A stretch of DNA of 64,000 nucleotides from a virus (taxonomy: Duplodnaviria > Caudoviricetes). A model generated the notes under the pieces. That model was not told where the DNA came from and made no database searches. It saw nothing but the letters and a program-made list of their open reading frames with translations. Position 1 is the first letter of the stretch; each line of letters begins with the position of its first letter. Below, one piece after another: positions 62,301 through 64,000 of this stretch. The position numbers and the translations under genes are program-made. Location of the stretch: the IMG/VR virus record IMGVR_UViG_3300011114_000269, positions 130-64,129 of that record; one strand, written 5' to 3'.

Positions 62301-62638
62301 TGGATAGTCCTAAAGTTAATGTACACAGGCCTGACCGTCCTGCCCTTACCCTTTAACTTCTTCACAACCCCCAATTCCACTAAGTTATCCACAATCCGCT
62401 TCGTATTCCCCAGCCCAGCCTTCCCCCTCTGGTACGCAATCTCCCTCAAAGACGGCGAGTACCCAAACTTCTTCCACCACTCATCAATAATCAAAAACAC
62501 TTCGCTCTGTCCGGGGCTCATATCCTTCTCCATACACTGTTCATACGTCAAATCCGCCAACCTTTGCTGCATCTTCTTGTTTATTTGCACTATTCCCATG
62601 TCAGTCCTTGCCAAAATTACTATTCTTGTGAAAACCAA
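62297..62638 (-). CDS. LexA-type DNA-binding domain protein without peptidase domain
   Basis: MSPGQ..FGYSPSLREIA..LVELG..GRTVR. Confidence 0.7.
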   Translation of the reverse strand: MVFTRIVILARTDMGIVQINKKMQQRLADLTYEQCMEKDMSPGQSEVFLIIDEWWKKFGYSPSLREIAYQRGKAGLGNTKRIVDNLVELGVVKKLKGKGRTVRPVYINFRTIQ

Positions 62639-62691
62639 GGCGATTTTGCCCTAAATTCTTGCATTTTTTACGTTTCCGTTTTGAAAAAAGC

Positions 62692-62761
62692 CGTTATAAA
62701 TCAACTGTTTAGCTCTACTTCCTAGAATTTAGGTGTCATCTGGTAACGTTACCACTCGGAA
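62692..62761. promoter_or_regulatory. Palindrome copy 3 plus IHF site, inverted relative to 22083-22150
   Basis: TGGTAACGTTACCACTCGGAA at 62741-62761; AATCAActgtTTA at 62699-62711. Confidence 0.75.
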
Positions 62762-62822
62762 TAATTGTGAAAATGGCAAGGAACGTGTTTCCAATTTTTA
62801 TATACCCCCCACCCCTTTGCAT

Positions 62823-63554
62823 TTAGGAAGACAAGGGGGGGTCTTCTGGATTTTGGTCATCGGTGAATGGGGAAAAAGATTCTTGGTCAGACGGTTTGTG
62901 TGGAGTAGTATGCAAGTTATGCAGGGACTCCTCGCTTGCATTTGGGGGGGTGGCGGGTGGGTGGGTGTCGTCCGGCGGGTTTTCCGAGTCGGCCTGTGGC
63001 GCAAGCTCGGCTAGCAGAGAATCAGCGTCAACATCTACCGCGTCGATTGATTGAGCCCGCATGATCGCGCGTAACTGTTCGAGCACCTGTGCTTTAGCGT
63101 CTACGCTATGTTTTATGGTGGTGACTTCTTTGCGTTCGGTGAAGGCCGCAACCTCTGTAACAGTACCCAACACTTTAGCCGCCGCCACTTTAGTCGCCTG
63201 TTTTGCATCAGGATCGATAACCACTTGCACTAGGGATTGAATGACCAAAGCACGGAGAGCAGCAGGGGATTGGTATTCCTGAGCCGCTAATGCCAGCTTG
63301 TAAGCTTCGATTTCACGATTTACGGCAGGGTGGGCCGCCACCTCATATGGTGCGGTATGGATTGTCGCTGGAGTCGCGTTAGGTTTATATGATCGCCTGT
63401 AGGCTTCGGCCTTAGTAGCGCCCTTAGCGACTTCCCTAGCGAATGTCTTTTGTTTATGGGTTAACTCTTTGGAAACGCCTATAGAAAACAATTGTTCTAG
63501 TGGGACTGTATCTAGCGCTTGGTTTACTTCCTTCCTTGACAATTTACGCTGCAT
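62823..63554 (-). CDS. terS: Terminase small subunit (probable)
   Basis: LTHKQKTFAREVAKGATKAEAYRRSY HTH; first gene of the packaging operon. Confidence 0.7.
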   Translation of the reverse strand: MQRKLSRKEVNQALDTVPLEQLFSIGVSKELTHKQKTFAREVAKGATKAEAYRRSYKPNATPATIHTAPYEVAAHPAVNREIEAYKLALAAQEYQSPAALRALVIQSLVQVVIDPDAKQATKVAAAKVLGTVTEVAAFTERKEVTTIKHSVDAKAQVLEQLRAIMRAQSIDAVDVDADSLLAELAPQADSENPPDDTHPPATPPNASEESLHNLHTTPHKPSDQESFSPFTDDQNPEDPPLSS

Positions 63555-63778
63555 GGCTTCGCCTTTCAATACCGCCGCGACCACCGCGACCATGCGCGGA
63601 TTATAGGAACAAATCAGGAAACCATGCAAGCGTCTGTCCAGCATGGATAAAACCACAGTAACAATGCTTGCTATTGTCCCTCTAAAGTACTGTATATAAA
63701 CCCATTAGGGTTTTGGAGGGGTCTTATAGATCAATAACTTACAAGAGTTGGCACGATTCTATTATGCTATATAGGTAA

Positions 63779-64000
63779 GAGGGTAAGATATATCAGGCAG
63801 CACAACACCTCTACTGCCACCTACAAAGGCTAAACCATGACCACCATTACAGGTACACAAATAGACGACTTCCAATTGCTCACCCTGCGCCGAATGCTAA
63901 AGCTTGAAATTAGGGGAATGACGCGAAGCCGTTCGCCTTCGGCCTATTCCATCTTAAAAAAGATGGGCTATACAGGCACCCGCGAATCTGTGCTGGCCCA
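63779..64000. repeat. Terminal direct repeat / circular overlap, right copy
   Basis: Matches 1-228 with two differences. Confidence 0.95.

Noticed and set aside
62384-62392. Perfect DnaA box TTATCCACA
   Set aside because: Single copy inside a CDS, no cluster or AT-rich unwinding element
63749-63767. Sigma54 promoter TGGCACG
   Set aside because: The -12 GC is not at the required spacing (TT is found there)

Overview
The window holds an essentially complete genome (unit length about 63,778 bp) of a tailed dsDNA phage with podovirus-like architecture: no tape measure or sheath gene, but large internal/ejection proteins. Positions 1-228 recur almost exactly at 63779-64000. Layout: (i) early small-gene region, 1-5.77 kb, + strand; (ii) replication/recombination genes, 5.77-13.2 kb, - strand (Toprim primase, intein-containing SF2 helicase, PAPS-reductase-family protein, ERF, Cas4-like exonuclease); (iii) free-standing HNH, VRR-NUC-like nuclease and a roughly 900-bp non-coding RNA cluster (tRNA-CAT, c4-like antisense RNA, two larger structured RNAs), 13.3-15.2 kb; (iv) a mosaic array of small genes ending in parB, 15.2-22.1 kb, + strand; (v) the virion, lysis and packaging module, 22.15-63.55 kb, - strand. 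I saw no integrase, DNA polymerase, reverse transcriptase or CRISPR array. The strongest signals: a 314-aa intein whose HNH homing endonuclease is encoded entirely inside it in the +1 frame with its own RBS; a ParA-less ParB with three parS-like 16-bp palindromes, two of them paired with IHF sites as inverted elements bracketing the virion module; a roughly 310-nt multibranch ncRNA candidate; and short peptide tags shared by otherwise unrelated putative capsid-cargo proteins. All product calls come from motif recognition by eye, not database searches.
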